From NCBI GenBank assembly GCA_009914755.4, contig CP086569.2, forward strand, positions 2,176,001 to 2,240,000: a DNA stretch of 64,000 bases, in the 5' to 3' direction. The notes under the pieces were generated by a model. It saw only the letters and a list, made by a program, of their open reading frames with translations, searched no databases and was not told where the DNA came from. A program made the translations under genes and the position numbers. The stretch is from the human T2T-CHM13v2.0 reference genome, Homo sapiens. This document shows positions 33,760-50,160 of this stretch, piece after piece; within the stretch, counting starts at the first letter, position 1; every line of letters starts with the position of its first letter.

Positions 33760-34260
33760 TTAATTACATGAAAACGAGATCATACTGGATTAAGGTGGGC
33801 CCTGATCCAATCACCTGTCTGTGCTGCTATCACGAAAATATCATAGACTTGGTGGCTTGTAAACAACAGACATTGATTGACTGGGTGTCTTATAAACAAC
33901 AGACGTTTATTGACTGGGTGGCTTATAAACAACAGATAGTTGTTGACCGGGTGGCTTATAAACAATAGACATTTATTGCTCACCTTCTGGACGCTGGAAG
34001 TGCCAGATCAAGGTATGACAGATTGAGTGACTCGAGGGGACTGTCTCTGTTTCCAAGATGGCGCCCTGTTGCTGTGTGCTCACGTAGCCTTAGAGCCCAG
34101 CCTGTTCCCTCCAGCTCTTTTACAGAGCGCTAATCCCATCCATTAAGGCAGATCCCTCATGAGTTCATCACTTCCTAAAGGTCCCACCTCTTAATAAGGT
34201 TGCATCGGGGATTAAATCTCAACAGGACTTTTGGAGGGAGGCTGTTGTCATTTCACCTTT
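33760..34260 (+). mobile_element. Ancient LTR-like interspersed repeat (MaLR/MLT-type; family uncertain) containing a 32-bp x4 internal tandem duplication at 33838-33975
   Basis: ...GGATTAAGGTGGGCCCTGATCCAATCACCTG...(GACTGGGTGGCTTATAAACAACAGACATTTATT)x4...TCTGGACGCTGGAAGTGCCAGATCAAGG...GCTAATCCCATCCATTAAGGCAGATCCCTCATGAGTTCATCACTTCCTAAAGGTCCCACCTCTTAATAAGGTTGCATCGGGGATTAAATCTCAACAGGACTTTTGG. I recognise this as an old mammalian repeat. Confidence 0.5.
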
Positions 34261-35083
34261 CAGCACAGACCAAACATCGCCCCTTAAAAAACCAGGAAGC
34301 TTCCCCAGAGAGAATATAAATTATGTCACTAGATTTTATCTGTGTGTCCTGCGTCTCTCTGTTTCACGTTCTGTGGGACTTCTTATCCTTCAGTGAATTA
34401 TTTGAACTGGATCTCTAGGGCATGTTTCTGAAGGGCTTGACTTGTTTTAAAAATTGAACAAATACATTATTCATCTTAGCTTATTTCCTGTTCTGAGTTT
34501 TTTTTTCTTTAATGGGAGACAGAAGAAAGCCAATTTATATAACAGATCTGATTGCCAAATCAGTAGTCTTTACATGTTCTTGCCTTTCAGCTAAAACTGC
34601 AAGTTAAAACTAGAGTTTTTTTGTCTTTTGTTTTTGTGCATTTAAATCCTTCTATTTTAAAATAATATGCTTAAAAAAATAAAGAAAAATAGCCACCCAT
34701 GCAACTCTCTCTCATTTGATATTTTCATTCACAGCCGGTGTTGGTCCCACCCGTCAGATATCTAGACTGTCATTTGGTGATGAGATTTTCCCACCTGGGT
34801 GCTAAAGAGACCACCAGGTTTTTCACCGTGTTACTCAACGCTGGCACTTAGCTCCAGTTCTCAACAATAGACAGTTTTCACAAGGCCTGTTGCTCACAGG
34901 GTCTCTGCAGAAATATTTTGACATCCTAAAATCTGCTTCCTGTTGGTGTACCTCCTTCTGTGGAAGAAAAAGAGGATAAAAAGCACATCTTTCTTAAAAC
35001 CCAGTCTTCATTGAGTAACAGAACATCTTTATGGAGCATTATTCATCTCCTGAAGACCAGATGATGTTGCTCATTCATCAACT

Positions 35084-35770
35084 TGATCATTAAAAAGTCA
35101 GGAAACAACAGATGCTGGAGAGGATGTGGAGAAATAGGAACGCCTTTACACTGTTGGTGGGAGTGTAAGTTAGTTCAACCATTGTGGAAGACAGTGTGGC
35201 GATTCCTCAAGGATCTAGAACCAGAAATACCATTTGACCCAGCAATCCCGTTACTGGGTATATACCCAAAGGATTATAAATCATCCTACTATAAAGACAC
35301 ATGCACATGTATGTTTACTGCAACACTGTTCACAATAACAAATACTTGGAACCAACCCAAATGCCAATCAATGATAGACTAGATGAAGAAAATGTGGCAC
35401 ATACACACCATGGAATACTATGCAGCCATAAAAAAGGATGAGCTCATGTCATTTGCAAGGACATGGATGAAGCTAGAAACCATCATCCTCAGGAAACTAA
35501 CACAGGAACAGAAAACCAAACACTGCATGTTCTCACTCATAAGTGGGAGGTGAACAATGAGAACACATGGACACAGGGAGGGGAACATCACATACCAGGG
35601 CCTGTCAGGGGGTGGGGGCCTGGGGGAGGGACAGCATTAAGAGAAATACCTAATGTAGATGACAGGTTGATGGGTGCAGCAAACCACCATGGCACGTGTG
35701 TATGTATGTAACAAAACTGCACGTTCTGCACATTTCCCCAGAACTTAAAGTATAATAATAAAAAATAATA
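35084..35770 (+). mobile_element. L1 (LINE-1) 3'-terminal fragment (L1PA-like), forward orientation
   Basis: ...AGATGCTGGAGAGGATGTGGAGAAATAGGAACGCCTTTACACTGTTGGTGGGAGTGTAAGTTAGTTCAACCATTGTGGAAGACAGTGTGGCGATTCCTCAAGGATCTAGAACCAGAAATACCATTTGACCCAGCAATCCC...GGGAGGGACAGCATTAAGAGAAATACCTAATGTAGATGACAGGTTGATGGGTGCAGCAAACCACCATGGCACGTGTGTATG...TAAAGTATAATAATAAAAAATAATAATAA. Confidence 0.9.
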
Positions 35771-36339
35771 ATAATTTTTTTTGATGAAAGGACATAGTTG
35801 AAACTGCATCTTTAAGTGGTGACCTCCCTGGCTCTGGCTTCTTGTCCCTTTGTGGGCAAGAGGAGAAAGACATTCTGCTTGAATGGAAACCGAAGGTTTC
35901 TCCAAGCATGAAGGAAGAAGAGGGGGGTTACCAAAGATTGTTAGAAGTCAGGACTTACCTTGACATATAGCAGAAGCAAGGAACCAGGGTTTCCACTCTG
36001 TGAGTTTGGAAGAAGCTGAGCAGGAACAACAGAGATATGTCCCTGAGGGTGGACCTCATTCTTCGAGGTCCTATGCTAGCAAAACAGGTGCTGGAGAGGA
36101 GGATGTACTCATTATTGCTTTATTTCATTCTACCATTTTTTTTCTTCAGATATGATACTTACTTCTATCCCCTATATTTCTTAGCTTTGCTTTTATACTT
36201 CCTATTTCTTTTTCCTTTTTCTTTCTATGAAATTTCTTCTATCTTGTCTATAATTTTGGTGATTTCTCCCTCACCTATATACATTCTGCTGTTTATCTAC
36301 TGAAAAATTTATTTCATTGATTATATTTTTGCAACCTAA

Positions 36340-36708
<369 letters not shown>

Positions 36709-37194
36709 CCTTTTTTATTTTTTAGTATGCTTACTCGATGGATTATATATTATTATCCTGATAAAAGAAAAACTTCAGCCAAACTAAATTTAAAGGAGTT
36801 CAATTAAGCAATGAATTTAACGGATCGGGCAGAATCACTGCAGATTCACAGAGACTCCACCGCAGCCATGTGATGCAAGAAGATTTATAGACATACAAAA
36901 ATAAAAGGGAAATGACATACAGAAATCAGCAGGGAGGTACAGAAACAGCTGGCTTGGTTACAGGTTGGCATTTGCCTTATTTGAACACGGGCTGAACTCT
37001 CAGCAGTGTATGAATGGTTGAAGTATGGACGCTGGGATTGGCCAACACTCAGTTACGGTTACAGCCACATAAGCCTAAGTTAGGTTTTCAATCTTGCCTG
37101 CCTATTAAGCTAGGTAAGAGTTCATCCACAAGGACTCAAATATAGAAGTATGGACTGCTTCCCAGGCAATATTTAGTTTGATTTAACAATTCTC

Positions 37195-37518
<324 letters not shown>

Positions 37519-39234
37519 CCTCAATATTCTGTTTGCTTTTGTGAAATCTTTATTTAATATGCTAGATTTTTTTAAATGTTGATGCTTTGGAAAAGCGTTG
37601 TTATCTTTGCCTATGAGCAAGTTTTTCCCGGAGTATTTGGCTTTTCTGTGAAGTAACCCCATGTCCTTTTGAAAGACTGTTTCTGGAAATGCAGCTGCCA
37701 AGTTGGGAGGAAACCCAAGCAACCATTTGGGAATGACCCCACGGAAGAGAAACAAGGCCTCTGGCCAACACCCCCAGCTCTTCCGAGGTACCTGCCAGCA
37801 ACAACTCTCAGCCATGTGAATGAAGTCACTTCGGACTCTGCACCTGCCTCAGTGCTCCAGCCACCACCACCACATTCAGCAGAACCACCTGGCCAACCCA
37901 TCAGATAATGAGAACTCATATATTAAGTCCTTAAAAAAAAAAAAAAAAAGCACCAGCTGATGCCGTCTTTGCCTGCTGACACCTTCACCACACCCTTTGC
38001 TCTGAAAAATTCAGTTGACAAAATTAGTTTGAAATGCGAATGCCAGGGCTTTATTTATTGTCATTATTTTGGACAATATCCCCAGTACGTTTGGGACATT
38101 TTATCACCGTTCAAAGGACCTCTTAGTGTGGAGAAAACTGAGCCTATTTCGGATTTCAAATAAGTAGGAGAGAGATTTAAAATTACTCTGACCTAGTAAA
38201 CTCTCAAAAAAAAGTAATGCATTTCCCTAGAATGAGATGATATTTGAAAAGCTGATTATAAATCATTTCATTCTACTCACTAAATCAGGGCTGCGTTGCT
38301 CTGCTATCTATTAGGACTTTAATAATGTGTTACCTTTTGAATGCAGTAAGAATTCAATCTTTGAAACTCTCATAATACAAAGCTTAGGATAATATAAACT
38401 CAGTCAAAGTGAGATTCTTTGACATGAACTCTTCATGTTTTTTCATTCAAAGAGGAGAACTCTGTCCTTTCCTTCATTCTCCCTTTTTTAGTAGAAAAAG
38501 TAATTCTTGTAGAAGATACGTATTCCTTCAGATCTCTCAAATTTCCTCTCTAGTGACATCTGCTTCACCAACATTCCTTTTTTCCCCTTTTCCTTGTTCT
38601 TGTTCATTTTCCTTTATCGTCTGTGTTTTTCTCATACTTAATTTGCTTCGTGATTTAGGAACTTTTGTTTTACTGGGATTTGTCACTTGAAAGTCCCAAT
38701 CCTTTCACGGTCTATCCAGGCCTTTCAACCGTGCCAATAACCGGCTAAGTCTGCAGTAGTCTGGATGGAATTGTTTTGCACAAGGTCCAGACGGCGTCCA
38801 GTCTTTGTCTCTGCAAGCCTGCTTCTCATTGACTCTTAGATCGGCTCTCCTGTTCCAGCTGCAATTTTCCACAGTGCCTCTTTGTTTCAGAATTGGAGCA
38901 GTAACCCCTTTTCTTTTTATTTCCAGTCAGCTTTTTTTCCTGCCCCCAAGTAGCAGAGACTGCAGTGCACATAAAGTTAGGGACTCAGCTTGTGTCTGTA
39001 TAAATATTTGACCTGAATCTAGACAAGATGCAGGTGCGTGGTTTTTCTGATTTATTTTTACACTCAGGCAACTCATCTTTTTTGCTGCTTCTACCCTCGT
39101 GAGAGGTAAGAGCTGGGAGTCACACCAGATTCAATTCAGCCAGTGTGCTGCTATCCGTTTCTTTTAGGCTGACTCTCTCTACTGTTTGACACAGCTGCCT
39201 CGCTAGCTCATGGCCATGTGTAAAATCAGCATTA

Positions 39235-39576
<342 letters not shown>

Positions 39577-39811
39577 TTATTGACTGGGCTTTCAGGCACC
39601 ATTGTTTAAAAAGACTTGCTGAAAAACAAAGCAAGCTTACCCCATTTCCTCTACTCCATCCGGAGTCAACTGTCACAGCTAAGAGTTGTGATGATCTCCA
39701 AAAAGTGTTGGATATTGGAAGCCTTGATGTTCGAACTGCAGAGATTTTTCTACAGCAGAAGTGGAAGAAGGTTTTCTGGTGAAGGACAGACTTGAAGATA
39801 GCTCACCATGA

Positions 39812-40177
<366 letters not shown>

Positions 40178-40755
40178 TCAGTACCATACGTTTTACTATA
40201 GATATCATCTCCAAGGAGGGCAGAGAGAAGAGTAAAAATAGCAAAATTCAGAGATGGTTACACACTTTCTTTTTGTTGTTATTGTTTTCATTCCTTTGTC
40301 CTCTGCTACATCACAGGCTTTCAGTTCTCCAAGTGGGATGCGCTGTGGTGCTTATTTAATTTCAGTCTCCTTTTCCCAGTCACCTGTTAGGAAGCTGTGG
40401 GTTCGTCCTTGTTCAATTAGTCATGGAATTTGAACACTGATAATGGCTTCTGAAATGTAATTTAAATTGTAGATTTGTGATATCTGCTAGTATGTATTCA
40501 TTCTCAAAGCCAGCCTCATTTTTATTAGTCACAGTTTTGAATTATTTACTAGTTTCTTTCATTAGAATTGAAAAATGATATTTTAGATTGTTTCAGATGT
40601 CTGTGCCTTAAAGTAAATGAAAATGGGAGCTGAAAGAAATCTATATCTTTCTTACTCTGAGAGCAATTCATGGACATTCCCTTCTGTTTATAGTTTCATA
40701 GGAGTTTTAAGTGATTTTAAAATACAGGGCTTCCAGTTATATTGGGGGAATAATT

Positions 40756-41055
<300 letters not shown>

Positions 41056-41057
41056 GA

Positions 41058-41363
<306 letters not shown>

Positions 41364-41439
41364 TGATTTATCAGTGCAAGTTGTTTTATTACTGATAAAC
41401 TACTGGAGAATGGATGCACATTTTTCTTGAACTTTCTGT

Positions 41440-41602
41440 TTTTCTTTTTTTTTGACAGGGTCTAGCTCTGTCACCCAGACTGGAGTGCAGTGGCAGGATC
41501 ATGGCTCACCTTAGCCTTGACCTCCCAGGCTCAATGATCCTCCCATCTCAGCCTCCCGATTAGCTGGGGACTGCAGGCACACAACATAATGCTCAGCTAA
41601 TT
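41440..41602 (-). mobile_element. Alu right-arm fragment (AluJ-like), reverse orientation
   Basis: T-run, then GACAGGGTCTAGCTCTGTCACCCAGACTGGAGTGCAGTGGCAGGATCATGGCTCACCTTAGCCTTGACCTCCCAGGCTCAATGATCCTCCCATCTCAGCCTCCCGATTAGCTGGGG. Confidence 0.8.
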
Positions 41603-42092
<490 letters not shown>

Positions 42093-42350
42093 TGAGCTGT
42101 TTTCCTTGTGGATCATTGAAAGCTACGCCCTCAAAAGGCAAAAATGGGCAGCTCCCTGCATCTTGCATTCAGGTTTCTGAAAAAAAAAAAAAAAAAAAAA
42201 AAAAAAGCTTAAGTCACACTGACTGCTGGTTTTTTCTTGTCATATTGAATCTCCAAGATGTGCCTTCAGACATTTCCTCTGGGTCTGTTGGAGGATAGGT
42301 TTCGTTTGACCTGAGATTTCATTAATTTTCTCCGAGAGGCGTTTGCTTAG

Positions 42351-42725
<375 letters not shown>

Positions 42726-42988
42726 TACTTTCTTACTTAACCTGATGTAATGTCTTTCACGTGTGTTGGAGTTTATGGAACTTCAATTTCATTGATGGAC
42801 GACTACCCCAGGCACTTCCATTTTATTCCTTTCACCAGATGTTCCTGTTTAATTCTCTCTTATTAATGTCATAACCTGCTCGTGTTCTTTTGTACAAATA
42901 ATAAACGTTCATTCATGGGAATACCTCAATGCAAAAACGTGTACTCACCATCCTTCCTCAATTTAAGTGCTTAAAAAAATAACCTCTA

Positions 42989-43689
<701 letters not shown>

Positions 43690-44639
43690 TTATAATAAGA
43701 AAAAATTATTGAACATAATTATGTTACTCATGATGTGTCCATCCTCACTCCCCCAAAAAATTGGCATCAAAATCTCACTTTGACTCCAGATGTTTACCAA
43801 AATGCATTCACTTTCAGCTGAAAGATGTTTTGTGGCCAAAAAGAAAAAAATAACCTGGAAATAGACCAATGTTTCCTCATGCTGCAAAAGGTCTGCTTTG
43901 GCTTGATAAGGCGATCAGGTGTTTGCAAAACATTTCCACCCTCTTTTTTTTTTAGTAACAGAAAAGTTGGCACTTCTGCTAGCCCAACATTTTTGCACAC
44001 AGAAGTTTTCTCAGTTAAAAGCTGCCTGGGACGGTGCCTCCAGCTTGAAATTCTTCTGCATCTCTGCACAGCACTGTGCTGAATTTTGCAAGTGCCGCCA
44101 ACAAGAAGCTGCGGCAGGGTGCTGGGAATTTCACAGAAAGCTATTCCCTTTTTCCTACCTGGTTATAGAAACTGCTTTTTCTTTAGAATGTTATAGTTAC
44201 CCTTTGAATAGTGGCTTATCATTTCAATACATTTTTGTATGAATTTTAAATGCCTATATTCAACCCAACTTTTTCCTTTCTCCTAGGGGGCTGATACCGT
44301 CAGGACAGCGGCTTGCTGAAAGTTTTAACAATGAATTCTGCAAAAAAAAAAAAAAAAAAAAGAAACCCTGGTCAGAGCCTATGCCAATTTCTCTGGTGTA
44401 AATTTTCCTCTTGTGGTTGATTTAAAGGTACTCAGGTGAGATTATGGAATGCGGATTTGGAAAGAGATAATGCCCTGTTGGTTCTCATAAGCTCATACGA
44501 GCTACTCCTAGCACCCCTGTATGTCAAGGTGTACAAGGCAGAGAAAGATGACAAGCTGGTGATCTTGGGAGGGAAAACCTTAGTCCCCACAGGTGATTGG
44601 TTCAAAGGGCGCTATGACCACTGCAGCAGGAGCACAATC

Positions 44640-45060
44640 TGATATGGAGTTCAATGCTCCTGGGAAGATGTGTTTAGACCGGGGATCTCCAACCCCTAGC
44701 TGCAGATTTGTACCAGTCTGTGGCCTGTTAGGAACTGGGATGCCCAGCAGGAGGTGAGCAGAAGGCACCTCTATTTACATCTGTATTTACAGCATCTGTA
44801 TTTGCAGCTGCTTCTGATCACTGCCATTACCATCTGAGCTCTGCCTCCCGTCAGGTCAGTGGTGGCATTAGATTATCGTGGAAGCATGAATCCTATTGTG
44901 AACTGCCCATATGAGAGATCGAAGTTGCATGCTCCTTATAAGAATCTAGTGCCTGATGATCTGTCACTGTCTCCCATCAACCCCAGATGGGACCATGTAG
45001 TTGCAGGAAAACAAGTCACGGCTCCCACTGATTCTACATGATGGCAAGCTGTAGACTTAT
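44640..45060. mobile_element. Interspersed repeat, family not confidently named (I recognise the sequence as a common mammalian repeat)
   Basis: ...GGCCTGTTAGGAACTGGGATGCCCAGCAGGAGGTGAGCAG...CAGTGGTGGCATTAGATTATCGTGGAAGCATGAATCCTATTGTGAACTGCCCATATGAGAGATCGAAGTTGCATGCTCCTTATAAGAATCTAGTGCCTGATGATCTG... It matches a consensus I recall (GCGGCATTAGATTCTCATAGGAGCGCGAACCCTATTGTGAACTGCGCATGCGAGGGATCTAGGTTGCGCGCTCCTTATGAGAATCTAATGCCTGATGATCTGAGG). Confidence 0.4.
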
Positions 45061-45329
45061 TTCACTATGTATTCCAATGTAATAGTAATAGAAATAAAGT
45101 GCACAATGAATGCAGGGTACTTGAATCATCCTGAAACCATCTGCCCATCCCCTGGTCCACGGAAAAATTGTCTTCCGCAAAACCTGTCCCTGGTGCCAAG
45201 AAGTTTGGGGACCACTGGTGCAGACCTTTCTCCCCTCCTTCTGAAAATCTTCTGGCCAGAGTCCTGCTGTGTGACGGTTAGGATTGAGGGTCAACTTGAT
45301 CGGATTGAAGGATGCAAAGCATTGTTCCT

Positions 45330-45822
45330 GGGTGTGTCTGTGAGGGTGTTTCCAAAGGAGATTCACATTTGAGTCAGTGGACTGGGAGATGCAGACCCAC
45401 CCTCATTGTGGGTGGGAACGATCTCATCAGCTCCCAGTGTGGCTAGGATAAAAGCAGGCAGAGGAACATGGAATGAGAAGACTTGCTGAGTCTCCCGGCC
45501 TCCATCTTCCACCCGTGCTGGCTGCTTCCTGCCCTCGAACATCAGACTCCAAGGTCTTCAGTGCTTGGACTCTTGGACCTACAGTGGTTTGCCAGGGGCC
45601 TATCGGGCCTTTGGCCACAGACTAAAGGCTGCACTTTCAGCTTCCCTACTTTTTAGGTTTAGGGACTCGGACTGGCTTCCTGGCTCCTCACCTTGCAGAT
45701 GGGCTATTGTAGGACTTCACCTTGTGATTATGTGAGTCAGTTATCCTAGTAAATTCCCCTTCATATATACATCTATCTGATTAGTTCTGTCCCTCAAGAG
45801 CACCCTGACTAATATATACTGG
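45330..45822 (+). mobile_element. MLT1-type MaLR solo LTR
   Basis: ...GGTGTTTCCAAAGGAGATTCACATTTGAGTCAGTGGACTGGGAGATGCAGACCCACCCTCATTGTGGGTGGGAACGATCTCATCAGCTCCCAGTGTGGCTAGGATAAAAGCAGGCAGAGGAAC...GCTTGGACTCTTGGACCTACAG...CTTGCAGATGGGCTATTGTAGGACTTCACCTTGTGATTATGTGAGTCAG...ATATATACATCTATCTGATTAGTTCTGTCCCTCAAGAGCACCCTGACTAATA. Confidence 0.6.
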
Positions 45823-46019
45823 AAATGGCCTCTGTTACCCAGACATGTGCCTCCAAGGAGAAAGTTCTTGGAAGCCAGATGAGTTCTCTCTATGACCTTC
45901 AATTCAACACGTGGATGAAGGTGTGGAATGAGGCAGTAGGAAGGGCTCTGAGCCAGGCATGCTGAGAGCTTATCATCACATAACAACACTGGGATTGTCA
46001 GGCTCTTCAGAGATACAGA

Positions 46020-46412
46020 ACTAATATAGTTTGAATATTTGTCTCCTCCAAATCTCACTTTGAAATTTGGCCCCTAATGTTGGTGGTAGGGCCTAGTGGG
46101 AGGTATTTGGGTGATGGGAGCAGATCTCTCATGAATGTCTTTGTTCTGTCTCTACAGTAATTAATGAGTTCTTGCTCTGTTTGTTCACATGAGAGCTGGT
46201 TGTTTAAAACAGCCTGGCACCTCTCTCTCTCACCTCCTTTCTCACCCTGTGACATGCCAGCTCCACTTCACCTTCCACCATGAGTGGAAGCTTCCTGAGG
46301 CCTCACCAGAAGCAGATGCTGGCTCCATGCTTGTACAGTCTGCAGAACTGTGAGCCAAATAAACCTCTTTTCTTTATAAACCACACAGCCTCTGGTATGC
46401 CTTTAGAGCAAT
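46020..46412 (+). mobile_element. MST-type MaLR solo LTR (forward)
   Basis: TAGTTTGAATATTTGTCTCCTCCAAATCTCACTTTGAAATTTGGCCCCTAATGTTGGTGGTAGGGCCTAGTGGGAGGTATTTGGGTGATGGGAGCAGATCTCTCATGAATG...CCTGTGACATGCCAGCTCCACTTCACCTTCCACCATGAGTGGAAGCTTCCTGAGGCCTCACCAGAAGCAGATGCTGGCTCCATGCTTGTACAGTCTGCAGAACTGTGAGCCAAATAAACC. Confidence 0.7.
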
Positions 46413-46797
46413 GTGTATTAGTTTGTTCTCACATTGCTATAAAGAACTATCTGAAGCTGGGTAATCCATAGAGAAAAAAGGTTTAATTGGCTCATGGTTC
46501 CATAGGCTATACAAGAGGCATGGCTGGGGAGGCCTCAGGAAACTTACAATCATGGCAGAAGGTGAAGAAGAAGGAGGCACTTCTTACATGGTTGGAGTAG
46601 AAGAAACAGAGTGAAGCAGGAGGTGGTACACACTTTTAAACAACTAGATGTCTTGTGAACTCACTCACTATCACACAAACAGCAAGGGGGGAATCCACCC
46701 CTTGATCCAGTCACCTCCCACCATGCCCTCTCTCCATTATTGGAGATTACAATGGGATGTGAGATTTGGGTGGGGACACAAATCCAAATCACATCAC
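46413..46797 (-). mobile_element. MST/THE1-type MaLR solo LTR (reverse), abutting the previous LTR tail-to-tail
   Basis: TGTATTAGTTTGTTCTCACATTGCTATAAAGAACTATCTGAAGCTGGGTAATCCATAGAGAAAAAAGGTTTAATTGGCTCATGGTTCCATAGGCTATACAAGAGGCATGGCTGGGGAGGCCTCAGGAAACTTACAATCATGGCAGAAGGTGAAG...GATTTGGGTGGGGACACAAATCCAAATCACATCA. Confidence 0.75.
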
Positions 46798-47520
46798 ATT
46801 GCAAAACAGACTAAGACAAGAACCAGACAAATAAACATATAAAACAGGATTCACTCTGGGAATTGGCCCACATGATTATGGAGGCTGAGAAATTTCATGA
46901 TCTGCCATCTGGAAGCTGGAGAACCAGGGAAACGGGTGGCACAAAACAGTCAGAATCCAAAGGCCTAAGGGTGGGTGTGGAAGGTGCGGGGAACTGAGGG
47001 GCTCTGCTCGTGTAAGTCCTGGAGTCCAAAGACACAAGAACCAAGAGCTCTGCTCTCTGAGGAGATGGATGTCCCAGCTCAAAAACAGAGAGGAAGTTTT
47101 CCCTTCCTCTACCTTTTTCCTCTACTTGGGCCCTCCATGGATTGAGTGATGCCCACTCCTAGTGGTGAGAGTCTTCTTTACTCAGTCTGCTTGTTCAAAT
47201 GCAAATCTCTTCTGCAAACACACTCACAGACACACCTAAGGGTTTTACCAGCTACCTGGGCGTCCCATAGCCCAGGCAAGTTGACATGTACAGTTAACCA
47301 TCACTTCCACCTACACATCGGCTGAGTTCCTCCATCTGCCAGGACTCCCTGGCCAATGTGGAATAACACTCTCTTGGCTTCCTTCTGAGGCTTGCTGGGG
47401 AATCAAATGAGAATTTGCAAGCCTGAAAGTTTGTATTAAAGAGTGTGATGCCAGTTTTTGATATTTGGTTGCTGACAACTTCCAAGTGCACCCTCTCAAT
47501 TCCCGTGGAATGGAGATATC

Positions 47521-47760
47521 TTTATTTGTCTGGTTCTTGTCTTAGTCCATTTTGCATTGTGATGTGATTTGGATTAGTGTCCCCACCCAAATCTCACATC
47601 CAATTGTAATCTCCAATAATGGAGAAAGGGCATGGTGGGAGGTGACTGGATCAAGGGGTGGATTCCCCCCTTGCTGTTTGTGTGATAATGAGTGAGTTCA
47701 CAAGACATCTAGTCTGTTCTCCCCACAAATGATGACAAAGCACATCTTGGCAAACTGCTG
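47521..47760 (+). mobile_element. MaLR LTR 5' fragment plus ~40 bp of flank. This is an inverted duplicate of 46640-46838
   Basis: TTTATTTGTCTGGTTCTTGTCTTAGTCCATTTTGCATTGTGATGTGATTTGGATTAGTGTCCCCACCCAAATCTCACATCCAATTGTAATCTCCAATAATGGAGAAAGGGCATGGTGGGAGGTGACTGGATCAAGGGGTGGATTCCCCCCTTGCTG... Confidence 0.75.
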
Positions 47761-47815
47761 ATAAAGCCCAGGTGCTTGCTCCTTTGGTGCCAGTGGGAGC
47801 TTGAAATCAGGTAAG

Positions 47816-48161
<346 letters not shown>

Positions 48162-48416
48162 CTACCCTGCTCCTTACCCACAATAAAAATTCAATCTAGA
48201 GTTTTTTCTTTACCATCTTGGTCTATTCTGGATCAGCTTGGAAGATCTTTCCTGCTCTCCCACAAAAGCTGTATTATGTAAGAAATATGTGTTTGCATAC
48301 TCTGTTTGTATGTGTGTATGTGTGTATGTGGGGGGTGGGGTGGGGGGGTCATGAGTCTTGACATCCTGACCAAATTTGGGAGGAACAGGTGCATCCTATT
48401 ATTTCAAGATGGCCTC

Positions 48417-48721
48417 ACCAGCGCAGCATGGTGGCTCATGCCTGTAATCTTAGCATTTGGGGAGGCCAAGACAGGAAGTTCGCTTGAGACCAACAGTTTC
48501 AGACCAGGCTGTGCAACATAGCGAGATCTTATCTCTCTAAAAAAAATTAGCCAGGCCTGGTGGCACGCACCCCTATAGTCCCAGCTTCTCAGGAGGCTAA
48601 GAAGAGAGGATCACTTGAGCCCAGGAGTTCAAGCCTTCAGTGAGCCATGATTCCACCACTGCACTCCAGTCCCAGGCTCTTAGAATGAGACCTTGCTTTA
48701 AAAAAAAAAAAAAAAAAAAAA
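48417..48721 (+). mobile_element. Alu SINE (AluJ-like)
   Basis: CCAGCGCAGCATGGTGGCTCATGCCTGTAATCTTAGCATTTGGGGAGGCCAAGACAGGAAGTTCGCTTGAGACCAACAGTTTCAGACCAGGCTGTGCAACATAGCGAGATC... A22 tail. Confidence 0.9.
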
Positions 48722-48757
48722 GGCTATGGCTACACTAGTGTCCTTGGATAAAAGTAA

Positions 48758-49093
<336 letters not shown>

Positions 49094-49619
49094 CACAAGG
49101 CCATAATTCAATTGTGAAGTTCCCAGTTGCCGATGATCCTGGCCTGCCTTCCTCAGTTAGAACCTTCTAGGCATGCACACAGGTGGGGTGGTCTGTGTTT
49201 TTCTTTTCCTTTTTCCATTTACATGGGATTTTAGACACACTGTGTAGTTGGAAGACTGGAAGATTTCTATTTGTAAATGAAATTCGACCTGAATGAGAAA
49301 GAGTCGTAACTCTACAGGGATCATCCATCAATGCCTAAGTTCCTTCCATCCCCAGTTTGAACACATCTGTTATGCATGAGACTCCTTAAGCTGCACAAAA
49401 AGCACACACTCATTTCATGCGATGGACAGCCGGAAGCAGTGCATCCTGCAGGCTAGGATGTGTTGCTTTGTTGAAAGCTTTGCCGGACAGCCTGTAATTT
49501 GGAGGGAGAACGGCCTGAAGCATTCAGATTCAGCAAAAGGCTCTTCTTTTGAAACCAGATCATACTGTTATCACCAGAAAGAGGTCCCGATCCAGACCCT
49601 CAAGAGAGTATTCTTGGAT

Positions 49620-50160
49620 CTTGCCCAAGAAAGAATTTAGGGCGAGTCCATAAAGTGAAAGCCAAGTTTATTAGGAAAATAAAGGAATCAAGAATGGCTA
49701 CTCCATAGCCAGAGTAGCCCCAGGACTGCTGGTTGCCCATTTTTATGGTTATTTCTTGGATATGCTTAACAAGGGGTGGATTATGGTTATTTGTATGGAT
49801 ATGCTAAACAAGGGGTGGATTATTCATGCCTCCCCTTTTAGACCATATAGGGTAACTTCCTGACGTTGCCATGGCATTTGTAAACTGTCATGGAGCTGGT
49901 AGGAGTGTAGCAGTGAGGACCACCAGAGGTCACTCTTGTGGCCATCTTGGTTTTGGTGTGTTTTCGCCGGCTTCTTTACCTGTTTATCTTTTACCTGTTT
50001 TACCAGCAAGGTCTTTATGACCTGTCTCTTGTACCGACCTCCTATCTCATCCTGTGACTTAGAATGCCTTAACCATCTGGGAATGCAGCCCATAAGTGTC
50101 AGCTTCATTTTGCCCAGCCCCTATTCAAGATGGAGTTGCTCTGGTTCAAACACCTCTGAC
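49620..50160. mobile_element. ERV-type LTR, copy 1 (family not named). Contains an internal ~38-bp tandem duplication (49742-49825)
   Basis: ...AATAAAGGAATCAAGAATGGCTACTCCATAGCCAGAGTAGCCCCAGGACTGCTGGTTGCCCATTTTTATGGTTATTTCTTGGATATGCT...TGCCATGGCATTTGTAAACTGTCATGGAGCTGGTAGGAGTGTAGCAGTGAGGACCACCAGAGGTCACTCTTGTGGCCATCTTGGTTTTGGTG...CATTTTGCCCAGCCCCTATTCAAGATGGAGTTGCTCTGGTTCAAACACCTCTGACC. About 85% identical to 54772-55217. Confidence 0.6.

Noticed and set aside
44290-44365. A20 run at 44341-44360 preceded by unique sequence. Possible retroposed small RNA or processed pseudogene
   Set aside because: I could not recognise the upstream sequence as any known RNA (tRNA, 7SL, U-snRNA, mRNA) and saw no TSD. 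Left unannotated.
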